The translations under genes were made by a program, and so were the position numbers. A DNA stretch of 64,000 bases from Candidatus Nomurabacteria bacterium (GTDB lineage: Bacteria > Patescibacteriota > Minisyncoccia > Phycocordibacterales > SBAW01), in assembly GCA_943356495.1 (NCBI GenBank), contig CALRFF010000001.1:193012-257011 (forward strand), in the 5' to 3' direction. Of this stretch, positions 18,997 through 29,100 are shown one piece after another. How positions within the stretch are numbered: the stretch's first letter is position 1; every line of letters starts with the position of its first letter. The notes beneath the pieces are model-generated. The model was not told the DNA's origin, did not search any database, and saw only the letters and a list, made by a program, of their open reading frames with translations.

Positions 18997-19224
18997 TTAT
19001 TTACCTTGTGAGAGGCAGCGGAGGCATTTTAGCTGGCCGTGACGGGTCTTGAGATACTTGTTGCCGCACGGGCACGCGAGCACCGAGGCCTTGTTTGGGT
19101 TTTCTATCCAGTGGCCGTCTTTTTGAAACGTCTTGCCGGGGCCACGTGTCGGGGCGCGGTGCTTGGAGGCAGGAGTAATTTTGGCCGGAGCCTTGATATT
19201 AATTTTTGCGACTTTGCTGTTCAT
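18997..19224 (-). CDS. Small basic zinc-ribbon protein
   Basis: CPCGNKY...CLRC. Confidence 0.6.
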   Translation of the reverse strand: MNSKVAKINIKAPAKITPASKHRAPTRGPGKTFQKDGHWIENPNKASVLACPCGNKYLKTRHGQLKCLRCLSQGK

Positions 19225-19231
19225 ATATTTT

Positions 19232-20512
19232 TTACGCCTCGATAAAGGTCAGCGCCTTGCCCGACTTGCCCGCGCGGCCGGTGCGGCCGATGCGGTGCAC
19301 GTAGTCGTCGTGGGTCGAGGGGAGGTCGTAGTTGATGACGTGCGAGACGCCGTTTATGTCCAAACCGCGGGCGGCGACATCGGTGGCCACCAACACGTTG
19401 ACATGGTCGCGCTTAAACAGGTCGAGCGCTTTTTGGCGCTTGCCCTGCGTTTTGTTGCCGTGGATACTCTCGGCCTTAAAACCTTTTTCTACCAGTTTTT
19501 TGCTTAGCTTTTCTACCCCATGTTTGGTGCGGCCGAAGATAAGCACTTTGTCGAAGCCCGGCTGGTTAAGCAGGTCGTGCAGTATGTCGAGTTTGTCGGC
19601 ACCGCGCGGCACGCGCACGACATCTTGGTCGATGGTGGCCGAGGTATCGCGAGTTTTGACGCTGATGCGCACCGGCTCGTGCAAAAACTCCCCTATCAAC
19701 TTTTCTATCTCGGGGCTAAGTGTTGCCGAGAAAAAGAGCGTATGGCGCGGAGCCGGCAGGAGTTTAAGAATCTGGCGCATGTCGGCGATAAAACCCATAT
19801 CGAGCATGCGGTCGGCCTCGTCGAGCACGGCGGTTTTAAAGTCGCTAAGGTTAAGTGCTTTGCGCTCCAAGAGGTCTTTAAGACGGCCCGGGGTGCCAAT
19901 AACAAAATGCGGCTTGCGGCGCAGCTCGGACATTTGGGGGTTGATGTTGGCGCCGCCGACGCAGACTACCGAGTAGAGCTGGAGCTGTTTGGCAAAACCC
20001 TTAAACTCGTCGTTGATTTGTACCGCGAGCTCGCGCGTGGGCACCATGATAAGTACGCGGTTGTCGCGCGCACCGCGGTTAACGAGCACCTTGTTGATAA
20101 GCGGAATAAGAAACGCGGCCGTTTTGCCGGTGCCGGTGTTAGCGATGCCTACGACATCGGCGCCGCGCAGTACGTGCGGGATAGCGCGGTCTTGTATCGG
20201 AGTCGGGTCGGTGTAGCCCTTGGCTTTGATGTTGAACTTAAGCGGATCAACCAACGCAAAGTCGCCGAACTGATGCTCGGGGATAAACTTAACCACCTCT
20301 TCGGTGATAACCGCTTTGTTTATAAATTTGCTTACGTCAGAAAAAGATTTCTGAGCAAAGCCCTGCTTTTTATTGAAGGGACCCCTACTCTGCCAAGGCT
20401 TCGTAGGGCGAGCGCGCTCACCAAAGGCTGTGCCCTTCGTAGCTTTAGCGAAGTAGGGGCGTGTTTTAGAGGAGAACCGCTTGGGTCCTGTATTGAATTT
20501 ACGTTCGGGCAT
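19232..20512 (-). CDS. DEAD-box RNA helicase
   Basis: PTPIQ, TGTGKT, PTRELA, LDEADRMLDMGF, SAT, HRIGRTGRAG. Confidence 0.97.
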   Translation of the reverse strand: MPERKFNTGPKRFSSKTRPYFAKATKGTAFGERARPTKPWQSRGPFNKKQGFAQKSFSDVSKFINKAVITEEVVKFIPEHQFGDFALVDPLKFNIKAKGYTDPTPIQDRAIPHVLRGADVVGIANTGTGKTAAFLIPLINKVLVNRGARDNRVLIMVPTRELAVQINDEFKGFAKQLQLYSVVCVGGANINPQMSELRRKPHFVIGTPGRLKDLLERKALNLSDFKTAVLDEADRMLDMGFIADMRQILKLLPAPRHTLFFSATLSPEIEKLIGEFLHEPVRISVKTRDTSATIDQDVVRVPRGADKLDILHDLLNQPGFDKVLIFGRTKHGVEKLSKKLVEKGFKAESIHGNKTQGKRQKALDLFKRDHVNVLVATDVAARGLDINGVSHVINYDLPSTHDDYVHRIGRTGRAGKSGKALTFIEA

Positions 20513-20521
20513 TGAGAGAAT

Positions 20522-20550
20522 ATAGTATCAAAATAACGCTATTTTGTCAA
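20522..20550 (-). promoter_or_regulatory. Sigma70-type promoter of the DEAD-box helicase
   Basis: TTGACA (20550-20545) N17 TACTAT (20527-20522), ATG 9 nt downstream. Confidence 0.75.
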
Positions 20551-20560
20551 ATAACGCTAT

Positions 20561-22342
20561 TTATCCGCGGTCTTTGAACGCGATTTTTATCCCCGGCTTT
20601 TTGCGCAGGCGGACACTAAGCGGCGTAACCTCAAGAAGTTCATCTTCGTTCATTACCTCGAGCCCGCGCTCGATACTAAGCTCAAAGGGCGGCACGAGGT
20701 GCATGGCCTCGTCGGTGCCGGAGGCGCGCATGTTGGTAAGCTGTTTGCCTTTGGTCGGGTTAACAAACATTTCCTCGCCCTTGGAAGTGTTGCCTATAAC
20801 CTGTCCCTCGTACACATCGATAGCGGGCGGGATGTAGAGCACGCCGCGGTCCTGCAGGTTCCACAGAGAGAAGCCGAGCACTTTGCCGCTCGACATCGAT
20901 ATCATGCTGCCTGCGGCGCGCTTTTCTATCTCGCCGGCATAGGGGCCAAAGTGCGTAAAGCGCGAGGAAAATATCCCCTCGCCTTTGGTGTCCAATATAA
21001 ATTGCGAGCGGAAGCCCAAGAGCCCGCGCGTCGGGCCTTCGAAGATAATGCGCACGGTGTCGCTATGCACGCGCATATCTTTCATGACCACTTTGCGCTT
21101 GCCCAAGCGCTCGATGATAGCGCCTTGGTATGTGGCGGGGGTGTCGATAACCACCTCTTCAAACGGCTCGAGCTTAACGCCCCCCTCTTCGTGGAAGATA
21201 ACTTGCGGTTGGGATACCTGCAGCTCGTAGCCCTCGCGGCGCATGTTCTCGAGCAAGATAGAAATATGGAGCTCACCGCGGCCGTAGACACGAAACGCCT
21301 CGGCCGATGAAAAGTCGACCTTAAGCCCGACGTTAACCTCGAGCTCGCGCTCGAGACGCTCGCGGATTTGGCGCGTAGTAACAAACTTGCCTTCGCGACC
21401 GGCAAACGGCGAGTTGTTGACCAAAAAGTTAAGCGCGATAGTCGGCTCGTCTACCGCGATAGCCGGTAGGGGCTGTGCGGACTCTTCTGCCGCAACCGTC
21501 TCGCCGATGTCGATGTCGCCAAGACCTGCGAGCATAACAATATCGCCGGCAACGGCCTGTGGTATCTCAATTTTTTCAAGTCCGCGGAAGGAAAAAAGTT
21601 TGGTTATTTTGCCCGTGCGTGTCTCGCCGGTCGGCTTTTTTACAAATACGGTTTGGCCGACGTTGATAACGCCTTCGTACACGCGGGCGACCGCCATACG
21701 GCCCAAAAAGTTGTCGTACCCGAGGTTAAACGGCTGGAGGCGCAACGGCTTTGCCTCGAGCTCCGCCGAAGATGCCGACGGTACGTGCTCTAAAATAGTC
21801 TCAAGCAGCGGCGTAAGATCTTTTGACTCGTCGGTAAGCTTTTTCTTTGCAACGCCTTCCCTGCCGATAGCGTAGACCACAGGGAAATTGCTTTGGTCGT
21901 CGTTGGCGCCGAGCTCTAAAAAGAGTTCCAGCACGGCCTCTTCGGCCATAGCGGGGTCGGCGGCGGGCTTGTCTATTTTGTTGATGATAACGATGGGTTT
22001 AAGCCCCAACTCGAGCGACTTCTTAAGTACAAAGCGCGTTTGCGGCATCGGGCCCTCTTGCGCGTCGACCACCAAAAGCACCGAGTCTATCGAGCGCAGC
22101 ACGCGCTCGACCTCGGAGCCGAAGTCGGCGTGGCCCGGCGTGTCGACGATGTTTATCTTGGTGCCCTTGTACTCGACCGAGGCGTTTTTGGCGTAAATAG
22201 TGATGCCGCGCTCTTTCTCGAGCGTGTTGGAGTCCATCGAGACCCCCTCTTCGGCGACACCGCACTGGCGCAGCAAAGCGTCGGTAAGCGTGGTCTTACC
22301 GTGGTCGACGTGCGCGATAATAGCGATGTTGCGGATATCCAT
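20561..22342 (-). CDS. typA: Translational GTPase TypA/BipA
   Basis: IAHVDHGKTTL, ERGITI, DTPGHADFG, GRGELH, KQLTNMRASG. Confidence 0.97.
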   Translation of the reverse strand: MDIRNIAIIAHVDHGKTTLTDALLRQCGVAEEGVSMDSNTLEKERGITIYAKNASVEYKGTKINIVDTPGHADFGSEVERVLRSIDSVLLVVDAQEGPMPQTRFVLKKSLELGLKPIVIINKIDKPAADPAMAEEAVLELFLELGANDDQSNFPVVYAIGREGVAKKKLTDESKDLTPLLETILEHVPSASSAELEAKPLRLQPFNLGYDNFLGRMAVARVYEGVINVGQTVFVKKPTGETRTGKITKLFSFRGLEKIEIPQAVAGDIVMLAGLGDIDIGETVAAEESAQPLPAIAVDEPTIALNFLVNNSPFAGREGKFVTTRQIRERLERELEVNVGLKVDFSSAEAFRVYGRGELHISILLENMRREGYELQVSQPQVIFHEEGGVKLEPFEEVVIDTPATYQGAIIERLGKRKVVMKDMRVHSDTVRIIFEGPTRGLLGFRSQFILDTKGEGIFSSRFTHFGPYAGEIEKRAAGSMISMSSGKVLGFSLWNLQDRGVLYIPPAIDVYEGQVIGNTSKGEEMFVNPTKGKQLTNMRASGTDEAMHLVPPFELSIERGLEVMNEDELLEVTPLSVRLRKKPGIKIAFKDRG

Positions 22343-22407
22343 ACAATGAAAAAGGCGGGCGATTCCCGCGATACTTCTACCATACCACGTTAAAGCGGTT
22401 TATTCAA

Positions 22408-22785
22408 TTAATCGCCCCAGTTGTAGGGAGCCAAGTTCGGGTTAAACGGTTGGTGGCAGTTGCCGCTCTTGTTGTCGAAGTTGCGTGTGACGGTTGCACC
22501 CTCGCCGCGCAGAGTCAGTGTCCAGTCGGCGTCTCCGTATACTGCGCCTGAGGTCGAGGTTGTCAGCGGCAACTGCTGCACGATTTCGCCATCGACATCG
22601 ATAAGTACTGAGCCGGCAGTAAAGTGCGCAACAAAGTACGAAGTGTCGTCGCAGATAAAAGACACTTGGTGCGTCTCGCCCTCTACCGTGGCCACCGGCG
22701 GTGCAAACAGATTTTTATAAAAGAAGGCCGCGCCAACCGCCACTACCAGTACCGCAACCACTGCGTATGCCTGCCACGTTTTCAT
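22408..22785 (-). CDS. Membrane-anchored protein, divergent MliC-like domain
   Basis: FICDD...LPLTTSTSGAVYGDADWTLTLRGEGATV...C. Confidence 0.55.
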   Translation of the reverse strand: MKTWQAYAVVAVLVVAVGAAFFYKNLFAPPVATVEGETHQVSFICDDTSYFVAHFTAGSVLIDVDGEIVQQLPLTTSTSGAVYGDADWTLTLRGEGATVTRNFDNKSGNCHQPFNPNLAPYNWGD

Positions 22786-22805
22786 GCTGTATATACTACC
22801 CTACC

Positions 22806-23486
22806 TTAGCGGTGATGTTTAGTGTCGGAGAGTATCTTGCCGTCGTCGAGTCGCACCAGCCGCTCGGCCTCTTTGGCGTACTCCTCTTCGTGCGTAACCA
22901 TAATAATGGTCTGCCCCGCTTTGTGAAGCTTTTTAAAAATATCTATGATGGCGCGCGAAGACTCGTTGTCGAGGTTGGCGGTCGGCTCGTCGGCAAACAA
23001 AATTGTAGGTTTGTGCGCAATAGCGCGCGAGATAGACACCCGCTGTTGTTCGCCGCCGGAGAGTTGGCTGGGTAAGTTGTGCAAGCGGTGCCCCAGCGAC
23101 ACGCTCTGCAGTGCCTCGGTTGCCTGCGCATAGGCCTTTTTGCGCGAATGCCCTTGCATAAGCAACGGTAGTGCCACATTTTCGAGCGCAGTAAGTTCCG
23201 GCAACAACGCATAGTCTTGAAACACATACCCGAACCGATTGAGTCTAAAGCGCATGCGCGCGTCCTGCGACATAGTGTGCGTGTCGTGCCCGTCGATGAT
23301 TATTTTGCCGCCGGTCGGTTCGTCGAGCAAAGACATTTGGTACAAAAAAGTCGACTTGCCCGCGCCGGAGCGACCTATAATAGAGACAAACTGCCCGTCG
23401 GGCACCAGAAAGTCGATGCCTTTGAGCACCTGCGTTTGGATGTCACCGTTTTGGAACGAACGGGTCAGTTGTTTTGTTTCTATCAT
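22806..23486 (-). CDS. ABC transporter ATP-binding protein (MacB/LolD-like)
   Basis: GRSGAGKST, LSGGEQQRV, ADEPTANLD. Confidence 0.95.
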   Translation of the reverse strand: MIETKQLTRSFQNGDIQTQVLKGIDFLVPDGQFVSIIGRSGAGKSTFLYQMSLLDEPTGGKIIIDGHDTHTMSQDARMRFRLNRFGYVFQDYALLPELTALENVALPLLMQGHSRKKAYAQATEALQSVSLGHRLHNLPSQLSGGEQQRVSISRAIAHKPTILFADEPTANLDNESSRAIIDIFKKLHKAGQTIIMVTHEEEYAKEAERLVRLDDGKILSDTKHHR

Positions 23487-23487
23487 A

Positions 23488-24735
23488 TTAGTTTCGGCCC
23501 AAGATCGAGTCGAGGGTATTTTTGCGGATGATCATCCATGCCGGTATGTAGCCCGCGATAACGGTCGATACCACCAACAGCCCCACGCGGAACATAGTTT
23601 GCCCAAACGGCGCCACCAATATGCCGTCGCTAAAGGGAAAGTCGATAGGATGCGCCTCAAACGAGGGCACCAAAAAGCCGTACACCAGCGCAAGCCCGAG
23701 TGCCGAGCCCACCAGCGCGTAAAACACGGACTGAAATATGTAGGACACCTCGACGGCACGACCGTTGATGCCTATGCCTTTAAGTATGCCTATAAACTTG
23801 CGGCGGGTAATCGCGTTGATAAACACGACGATAAATATCGTAATAGAGGCGACCACTAGACCAATAGAAGAAAACGCGGCACCCAGCATGTTAAAGGTAG
23901 AGATAATGTCTTTAAGGAATTTCGGCTGGGCGTCCTCGTAGGTTTGTACTTTGGCCACCTCGCCTACCCCGCGCAACAAGAGCGCGTCGCGCAGTGCAGC
24001 GGCATCGACGCCCTCTGCAACTTTAATTGCTATCTCGTCGACGTTGCCGTCGTTGCGCCCGACAAGGCTGCGCATTTGCGAGTCGACCAAGTAGGCGCGC
24101 ATGGCGACCTCGTCTACTTTGCTTTTAAGTATCCCCTTAACCGTGACCTCGCGCGTTACCTCGCCGAGCGTGATGCGGATTTTGGTACCCACCGCAACGT
24201 TTTCGAGTGTGGTAAAGCCCGGTGTTTCTACGGGGAAATATTGTTTAAGTAAATACCCGCCGACCACCACCTTGTCGTAGTCGCCCGCGGTCAAAAACTC
24301 GCCCTCGACAAGCCCCGAAGAAATGCCGGTTACCGAGTCTTCCATCACGGGGTTGATACCCACCACCACCGCATTGGCGGTGTTGGGTTTGTCGGTGTCT
24401 CTGCGGGTGCGGTAGTTGGCCTCGAGTTGCCCTGCCTCGCGGTAGCGCGCGGTGTAGGCGGCGACTTCGGGCAACGACTCGATAAGTGCGACAATGTTGG
24501 GGCTGTTTTCTATGTATTGTTTGTCGTTGAGGGTAGAGACTATGACATCGCTGGTGTACTGGGTGCGCACCGCGTTGATAGCGCCCTGCATAAGCCCCAC
24601 CAATACGCCCGAAAGTACGACAAGGTTAAGAAAGGTCAGGATCATGACCCCGATGATGAGGCCCGTGGTCCAAAGGCTGGCGCGGCGCAGTGCCCGCACC
24701 GCCAAAAAAAAGCCGATCTTAACGTTGAGCGGCAT
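23488..24735 (-). CDS. ABC transporter permease (MacB/FtsX-like)
   Basis: TM1, large extracytoplasmic domain, IGILKGIG, three C-terminal TMs. Confidence 0.9.
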   Translation of the reverse strand: MPLNVKIGFFLAVRALRRASLWTTGLIIGVMILTFLNLVVLSGVLVGLMQGAINAVRTQYTSDVIVSTLNDKQYIENSPNIVALIESLPEVAAYTARYREAGQLEANYRTRRDTDKPNTANAVVVGINPVMEDSVTGISSGLVEGEFLTAGDYDKVVVGGYLLKQYFPVETPGFTTLENVAVGTKIRITLGEVTREVTVKGILKSKVDEVAMRAYLVDSQMRSLVGRNDGNVDEIAIKVAEGVDAAALRDALLLRGVGEVAKVQTYEDAQPKFLKDIISTFNMLGAAFSSIGLVVASITIFIVVFINAITRRKFIGILKGIGINGRAVEVSYIFQSVFYALVGSALGLALVYGFLVPSFEAHPIDFPFSDGILVAPFGQTMFRVGLLVVSTVIAGYIPAWMIIRKNTLDSILGRN

Positions 24736-24737
24736 GG

Positions 24738-26261
24738 TTACGGCAAGGTGGCGACCACAACGTCGCCGGCCGCAAGGCCCGCAAGCACTTCGACCTCGCC
24801 GAGCGACGAAACCCCGCCGAGCGTTACTTGGCGCTCCTGCTGTAGCCCCCCGACCATAATGCGCACATAGTTTTTGCCGTCGCGTCGCGTCACCACGCCC
24901 TGCGGCACCGAAAGCACGCTTTCTTTAACATCGGTGACGATAACCACGTTGGCTGTCATGCCGGATTTAATACGCGCGTCGCCTTTGCTGAACTGCAGCA
25001 CCGCGCGGTAGGTCGAGACGCCGTCGCGCACCGTGTCGGCGGGGTCTATCGACACGATAGTTGCCTCGAACACTACGTTGTCGCCGTAGGCATCGAGTGT
25101 TACCGAGGCTTTGTCGCCGAGCGTAAGCAGCGACACATTAATTTCCGGTACATAGGACTCTATCTGGAAGGTCCCGTCGCTTATCATCGAAATTTCCGGC
25201 GTGTTGGGCGAAACGATTTTGCCCACCTTGGCGTCTACCACCGTAACCGTGCCGCTAAAGGGCGCAGTGATATAGGTCTTGTACAGCTCGGCCTGCGCGG
25301 CCGCAACATCGGCCGCAGCCGCCTTAACCTGCGCTTCCTGCGCGGCAATGTCTTGCGGGGTTGACCCCGCTTTTTTAAGCGCGAGCGTGCGTACGCTGTC
25401 GTCGAGCGATGCTTTGGCGGCGTTGACCGCCGAAACCGCAGCGTTAAGGTTGGTGCGCGCCGTACCCACAGCCGCAATATATGTGTCGATGTTTGTCTGC
25501 GTAGCCGAAGCGGACGGGACCGCGCGGTTAAGCGCGGCGTTGGCGTCGGAAAGGAGGCTCACGGTTGCCGCTAAATTAGTTTGGCCTTGCGTAAGTGCGG
25601 CAGAGAGGTCGGCGGAAGCGTTGAGCGAAAGGACGCTCCCCCATGAGGCAAGACGTGTTTCGGCTTCGAGCCGACCCGCCTCTACTTTGTTTTTTATACT
25701 GGTGTCGTTTACAAACGGGATCATCGACGGACTGGTGCGCCCGTTGCTTATAAACTGGTCGAGTGTGTTGTGTACCGCGGCATCGGCGGTGCGGTAGGCG
25801 TCCTGCAACGCATCAACAAGACCGGAACGGTCGCTGTTGACCGTTGCTTCGGCGATAGCGATCTCTTCGGGGCGGGTGCCTGCGGTAAGTGCCGCAAGTT
25901 TTGCCTGCTGCGTTTCGAGTGCGGCTTCTTTTTGCAATACGGCAGCGCGACGGTCGCTGTTTTCGATTGCCGCCAAGGTGGTGCCCTGCGATACACGGCG
26001 TCCCACCGTAGCGTATACCGCGGACACGCGCCCGCCCTGAGAAAAGCCGAGGTCGACCTCTTGTGCGGGAGTTACTTTGCCGGAGACGGACACCTCTTGT
26101 ACAAAAGGTTTCGGCTCGAGCAAAATAGTTGCCTGTACTACGGGTGCGGGCTTAAACAACCACCAACCGGCAAGCACGACGACAGCCGCGCCCAAGAAGT
26201 AGTACAAACGCGGGCCGCGAAGCGTCTTTATAAACCCGAAATACCTATTGAGATGCTTCAT
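24738..26261 (-). CDS. Efflux periplasmic adaptor / membrane fusion protein
   Basis: VSVSGKV, lipoyl halves, long coiled coil, ITAPFSGTVT, IKSGMTANVVI. Confidence 0.9.
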   Translation of the reverse strand: MKHLNRYFGFIKTLRGPRLYYFLGAAVVVLAGWWLFKPAPVVQATILLEPKPFVQEVSVSGKVTPAQEVDLGFSQGGRVSAVYATVGRRVSQGTTLAAIENSDRRAAVLQKEAALETQQAKLAALTAGTRPEEIAIAEATVNSDRSGLVDALQDAYRTADAAVHNTLDQFISNGRTSPSMIPFVNDTSIKNKVEAGRLEAETRLASWGSVLSLNASADLSAALTQGQTNLAATVSLLSDANAALNRAVPSASATQTNIDTYIAAVGTARTNLNAAVSAVNAAKASLDDSVRTLALKKAGSTPQDIAAQEAQVKAAAADVAAAQAELYKTYITAPFSGTVTVVDAKVGKIVSPNTPEISMISDGTFQIESYVPEINVSLLTLGDKASVTLDAYGDNVVFEATIVSIDPADTVRDGVSTYRAVLQFSKGDARIKSGMTANVVIVTDVKESVLSVPQGVVTRRDGKNYVRIMVGGLQQERQVTLGGVSSLGEVEVLAGLAAGDVVVATLP

Positions 26262-26314
26262 ATAAAAGCAGTATAACACCGCTTCATTTTTTGTTCACGG
26301 AGGTAAAGTTGCCG

Positions 26315-26536
26315 TTAGATCATCTCTCCTTTTCGCTCCAACATCATGTGATGGACCGTTGCTATTTGCATCCAGATTGCAATAAGAATAAGAATTGCCG
26401 TGCAAGCGAGCGCATCCATTTTTGTAATGCCAAACACAAGGTCATCGCTCCCACCCATAAGGCTGCCAATAAAGGAGATCACCCCAACAAACCCGACAAT
26501 AACACTTCCTACATGCATGAGTTTTGATAGTTTCAT
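26315..26536 (-). CDS. Small membrane protein
   Basis: Two hydrophobic segments. Confidence 0.65.
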   Translation of the reverse strand: MKLSKLMHVGSVIVGFVGVISFIGSLMGGSDDLVFGITKMDALACTAILILIAIWMQIATVHHMMLERKGEMI

Positions 26537-26566
26537 ATATTTTATTTATTAAACACACCTAATACC

Positions 26567-27214
26567 CTAACCTGTTTCGATCAGCCTTACGGCAACAGAT
26601 TTTCTTTTGAAGTACCAGAATACCAGTACGCTCAGGATTGCAGCGAAGAAACACCAGACAGAAAAGAATGTCTCGGTATAGAACCAAGCTGCGATGGCAA
26701 AAGAAATTAACAGAACGCTCCCGAATACATTTACTATTTTATTGCTTGAAAAGAGACAGCTTCCGCATGTAGCAAGCAAATAAAGGGCAATTGTTGGAAT
26801 TACATAAAAGTGTGGGGAGTGATAGGCAATACTCTGATTCACGATGTGCGCAGTAACCGGATCGACAATAATGAAGTATAAAAGATATAGCCCCACCGCC
26901 AGACCGACGAACGAGAACAGTTGAAGGATCTTTTTCCGGGTTGGATCTGTCTCAATCAACAAAACAGAGACCGGGACGAAGACCGGCCATAGTACATGGG
27001 AGAACATCGAAAATGCGTACGTGGCTATGGTATTTAGAATTGGAGAACCAAAAGAAACCCATACCGCTCCTTCAATAGCTTGTTGGATTCCGAACAAAAG
27101 CGGAATGCTGGCAAACGGGAGCTCAGATTTTTTCTTTACCTGTGCAATCGTCAAACCTCCCGCCACACCGAGCGCGCCTCCTGCTGCAAAACTTGCTGCC
27201 GCTGAAAAACACAT
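26567..27214 (-). CDS. Membrane protein (DUF6629-like)
   Basis: MCFSAAASF start, PLLFGIQQAIEG, SVWCFFAA. Confidence 0.75.
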   Translation of the reverse strand: MCFSAAASFAAGGALGVAGGLTIAQVKKKSELPFASIPLLFGIQQAIEGAVWVSFGSPILNTIATYAFSMFSHVLWPVFVPVSVLLIETDPTRKKILQLFSFVGLAVGLYLLYFIIVDPVTAHIVNQSIAYHSPHFYVIPTIALYLLATCGSCLFSSNKIVNVFGSVLLISFAIAAWFYTETFFSVWCFFAAILSVLVFWYFKRKSVAVRLIETG

Positions 27215-27265
27215 AATTATTGTATAGACATATGATATTTTTATTTACTGATACCATTGCTTATA

Positions 27266-27655
27266 TCAACCTTGGAAGTCGATCTGGAACGGATACATGC
27301 CCATCCCGCAAGTACCCTCCAAAACAGACACTTTTGGGCTACCCAGATCTATATCAGTCGTACCGGAGGGAGGAAGATTCTGAGAGATGCCCAAAGAAGG
27401 GACGCGCACGGCCGAAGAACAATCGAAAGTGCCGTTAGTGCTCACCCGAAGGATTGTGGGAATGTTTGCTTTGGCGGTAGTTTTTATGGGTGAATAGCCT
27501 CCTTTAGCGCTGATTTCAATTATCTGCTTTCCATCAACAATAGTAACATTCGTGCCGTCGTTCGGAGTGTCAGTTGGCACCGAGCTTTTGGTAAGGTACA
27601 AAGCACCTCCGATAATTATTATGCTGGCCAGTACCGATAGAAGAATGGATTTCAT
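27266..27655 (-). CDS. Cupredoxin-domain protein
   Basis: AKGGYSP, FDCSS, GTCGMGMY. Confidence 0.85.
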   Translation of the reverse strand: MKSILLSVLASIIIIGGALYLTKSSVPTDTPNDGTNVTIVDGKQIIEISAKGGYSPIKTTAKANIPTILRVSTNGTFDCSSAVRVPSLGISQNLPPSGTTDIDLGSPKVSVLEGTCGMGMYPFQIDFQG

Positions 27656-27657
27656 AG

Positions 27658-28692
27658 TTAGAAGTTGAAGACCGGGCGGATAAGGCCGATTACCACAAGA
27701 CTATTAATAAAGTTAAACATGGCGAACAGGATGACCACAAGCCCGGCTGTTTTGAAGAACACACCTGTATGAGCACTCTTTTGAATACTGAACGCACTGA
27801 AGCTTATCAATGCCAATACAGGCAGGGTCCCCAGAGCAAACACGAACATGGTAAGCGCTCCGCTAAGGAAGCTGCCGGTAGAAAGGGTGTATATCTGCAT
27901 GGCCTGTGTAAAGCCGCACGGCAGAAAGAAGGTGGCTATACCCACCAAAAAGGGGGTCAGCGAATGATTGAGTTTTGAGGCTCGGAGCGCATGTCGAGAA
28001 AGAAACTTCGGCATAGAGGGTTGAAGTTTTTTTGACCAGTGGAATATATCCAAGAGGTTTATGCCCAAAATCAGCATAACCAGCGCGATACTTACCCCTA
28101 AAATAAAAGTCCCTGTGGTATTGAGTGTAAAGACCGCTCCTGCTGCGCCTATAAGCCCCCCTAAGACAAAAAATGAAACGAGACGCCCGATGTGGAATAG
28201 CAGCTGCGGTTTTACCTTGTCGCCCTCTTTGGCAAAAGTTACAGACATTGAAAGCACGAGGCCTCCCACGACCGCCATACACGTGGAAACCGAGGCGATA
28301 AGGCCAATCACAAAAGCTGTGCCATAGCCGACTTCGCCTGTGCCGACCAGATTCACTATGCCTAATTTCTGCAAAAGGATAAAGAGTGCCGCAAAACCGA
28401 GCGCAATAGGGACGGCGAGCTTAAAATCGCTCCACTTCTTTGTCGCGTGTGCCTGCTTTTCTGTCGATACGGTATAGCCGTGCGGGTGCAATACGGTGGT
28501 GAGAGCCGCCGCAACCGCGTCGGGTGTTTTGTCAGCAAAATCACCCTCAACTTCTATTGTGTGATGCTTGAGGTTTGATTTTGCACGAGTGATGAATGGG
28601 AGTTCCTGTGCCTCTGTTTCAGTAAGAAATGTGCAGGCATTGCAGTGCATGCCTTGAACGTGGAGGACATATTTTTGAGCTTGTGTAGTCAT
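27658..28692 (-). CDS. HMA domain + DsbD_2/TauE-SafE-like membrane protein
   Basis: GMHCNAC, STCMAVVGG, FFLPCGFTQ, FALGTLP. Confidence 0.85.
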   Translation of the reverse strand: MTTQAQKYVLHVQGMHCNACTFLTETEAQELPFITRAKSNLKHHTIEVEGDFADKTPDAVAAALTTVLHPHGYTVSTEKQAHATKKWSDFKLAVPIALGFAALFILLQKLGIVNLVGTGEVGYGTAFVIGLIASVSTCMAVVGGLVLSMSVTFAKEGDKVKPQLLFHIGRLVSFFVLGGLIGAAGAVFTLNTTGTFILGVSIALVMLILGINLLDIFHWSKKLQPSMPKFLSRHALRASKLNHSLTPFLVGIATFFLPCGFTQAMQIYTLSTGSFLSGALTMFVFALGTLPVLALISFSAFSIQKSAHTGVFFKTAGLVVILFAMFNFINSLVVIGLIRPVFNF

Positions 28693-28693
28693 A

Positions 28694-29098
28694 CTAATTG
28701 TAATTTTCCTTTTTAAGAGATACCCATTCTTTCCAAAAAAAGAAGGCCAGAATTGGAAACAGAAGGGCGGTATAAAGTCCTGGATAATATCCCCCGATCA
28801 TTATTGCTTTATATATGTGATGCAATTCATATATATAAATAAGGCCAGCAATCGCTAATACATTAAATTGCCATCTCTGACCCATCAATAAAAAAAAGGA
28901 AATTATTAAGAGCAGCCACAGCATTACCTGAAATGTTACGAAGGTCGCTCCGTGGTTTGAGAGTTCCGATAACAATCCAAAAATTGCCTGATCGTGAGAA
29001 TCAATATCATAAAAGTGAGTAACAAATTCTTCTATGCCATGAGCAATAAAGAGCGGTATCGAAAGACCGAATATGAGTTTTAATTTGTTTGAGATCAT
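28694..29098 (-). CDS. HXXEE domain membrane protein
   Basis: AHGIEE, YYPGLYTA. Confidence 0.8.
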   Translation of the reverse strand: MISNKLKLIFGLSIPLFIAHGIEEFVTHFYDIDSHDQAIFGLLSELSNHGATFVTFQVMLWLLLIISFFLLMGQRWQFNVLAIAGLIYIYELHHIYKAIMIGGYYPGLYTALLFPILAFFFWKEWVSLKKENYN

Positions 29099-29100
29099 GG

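Noticed and set aside
26300-26315. GTTGCC near 26308 as an alternative left att site matching the tRNA end GCTGCC
   Set aside because: The match is short and imperfect, with no second shared block or in-frame tail; 31733 is much better supported.
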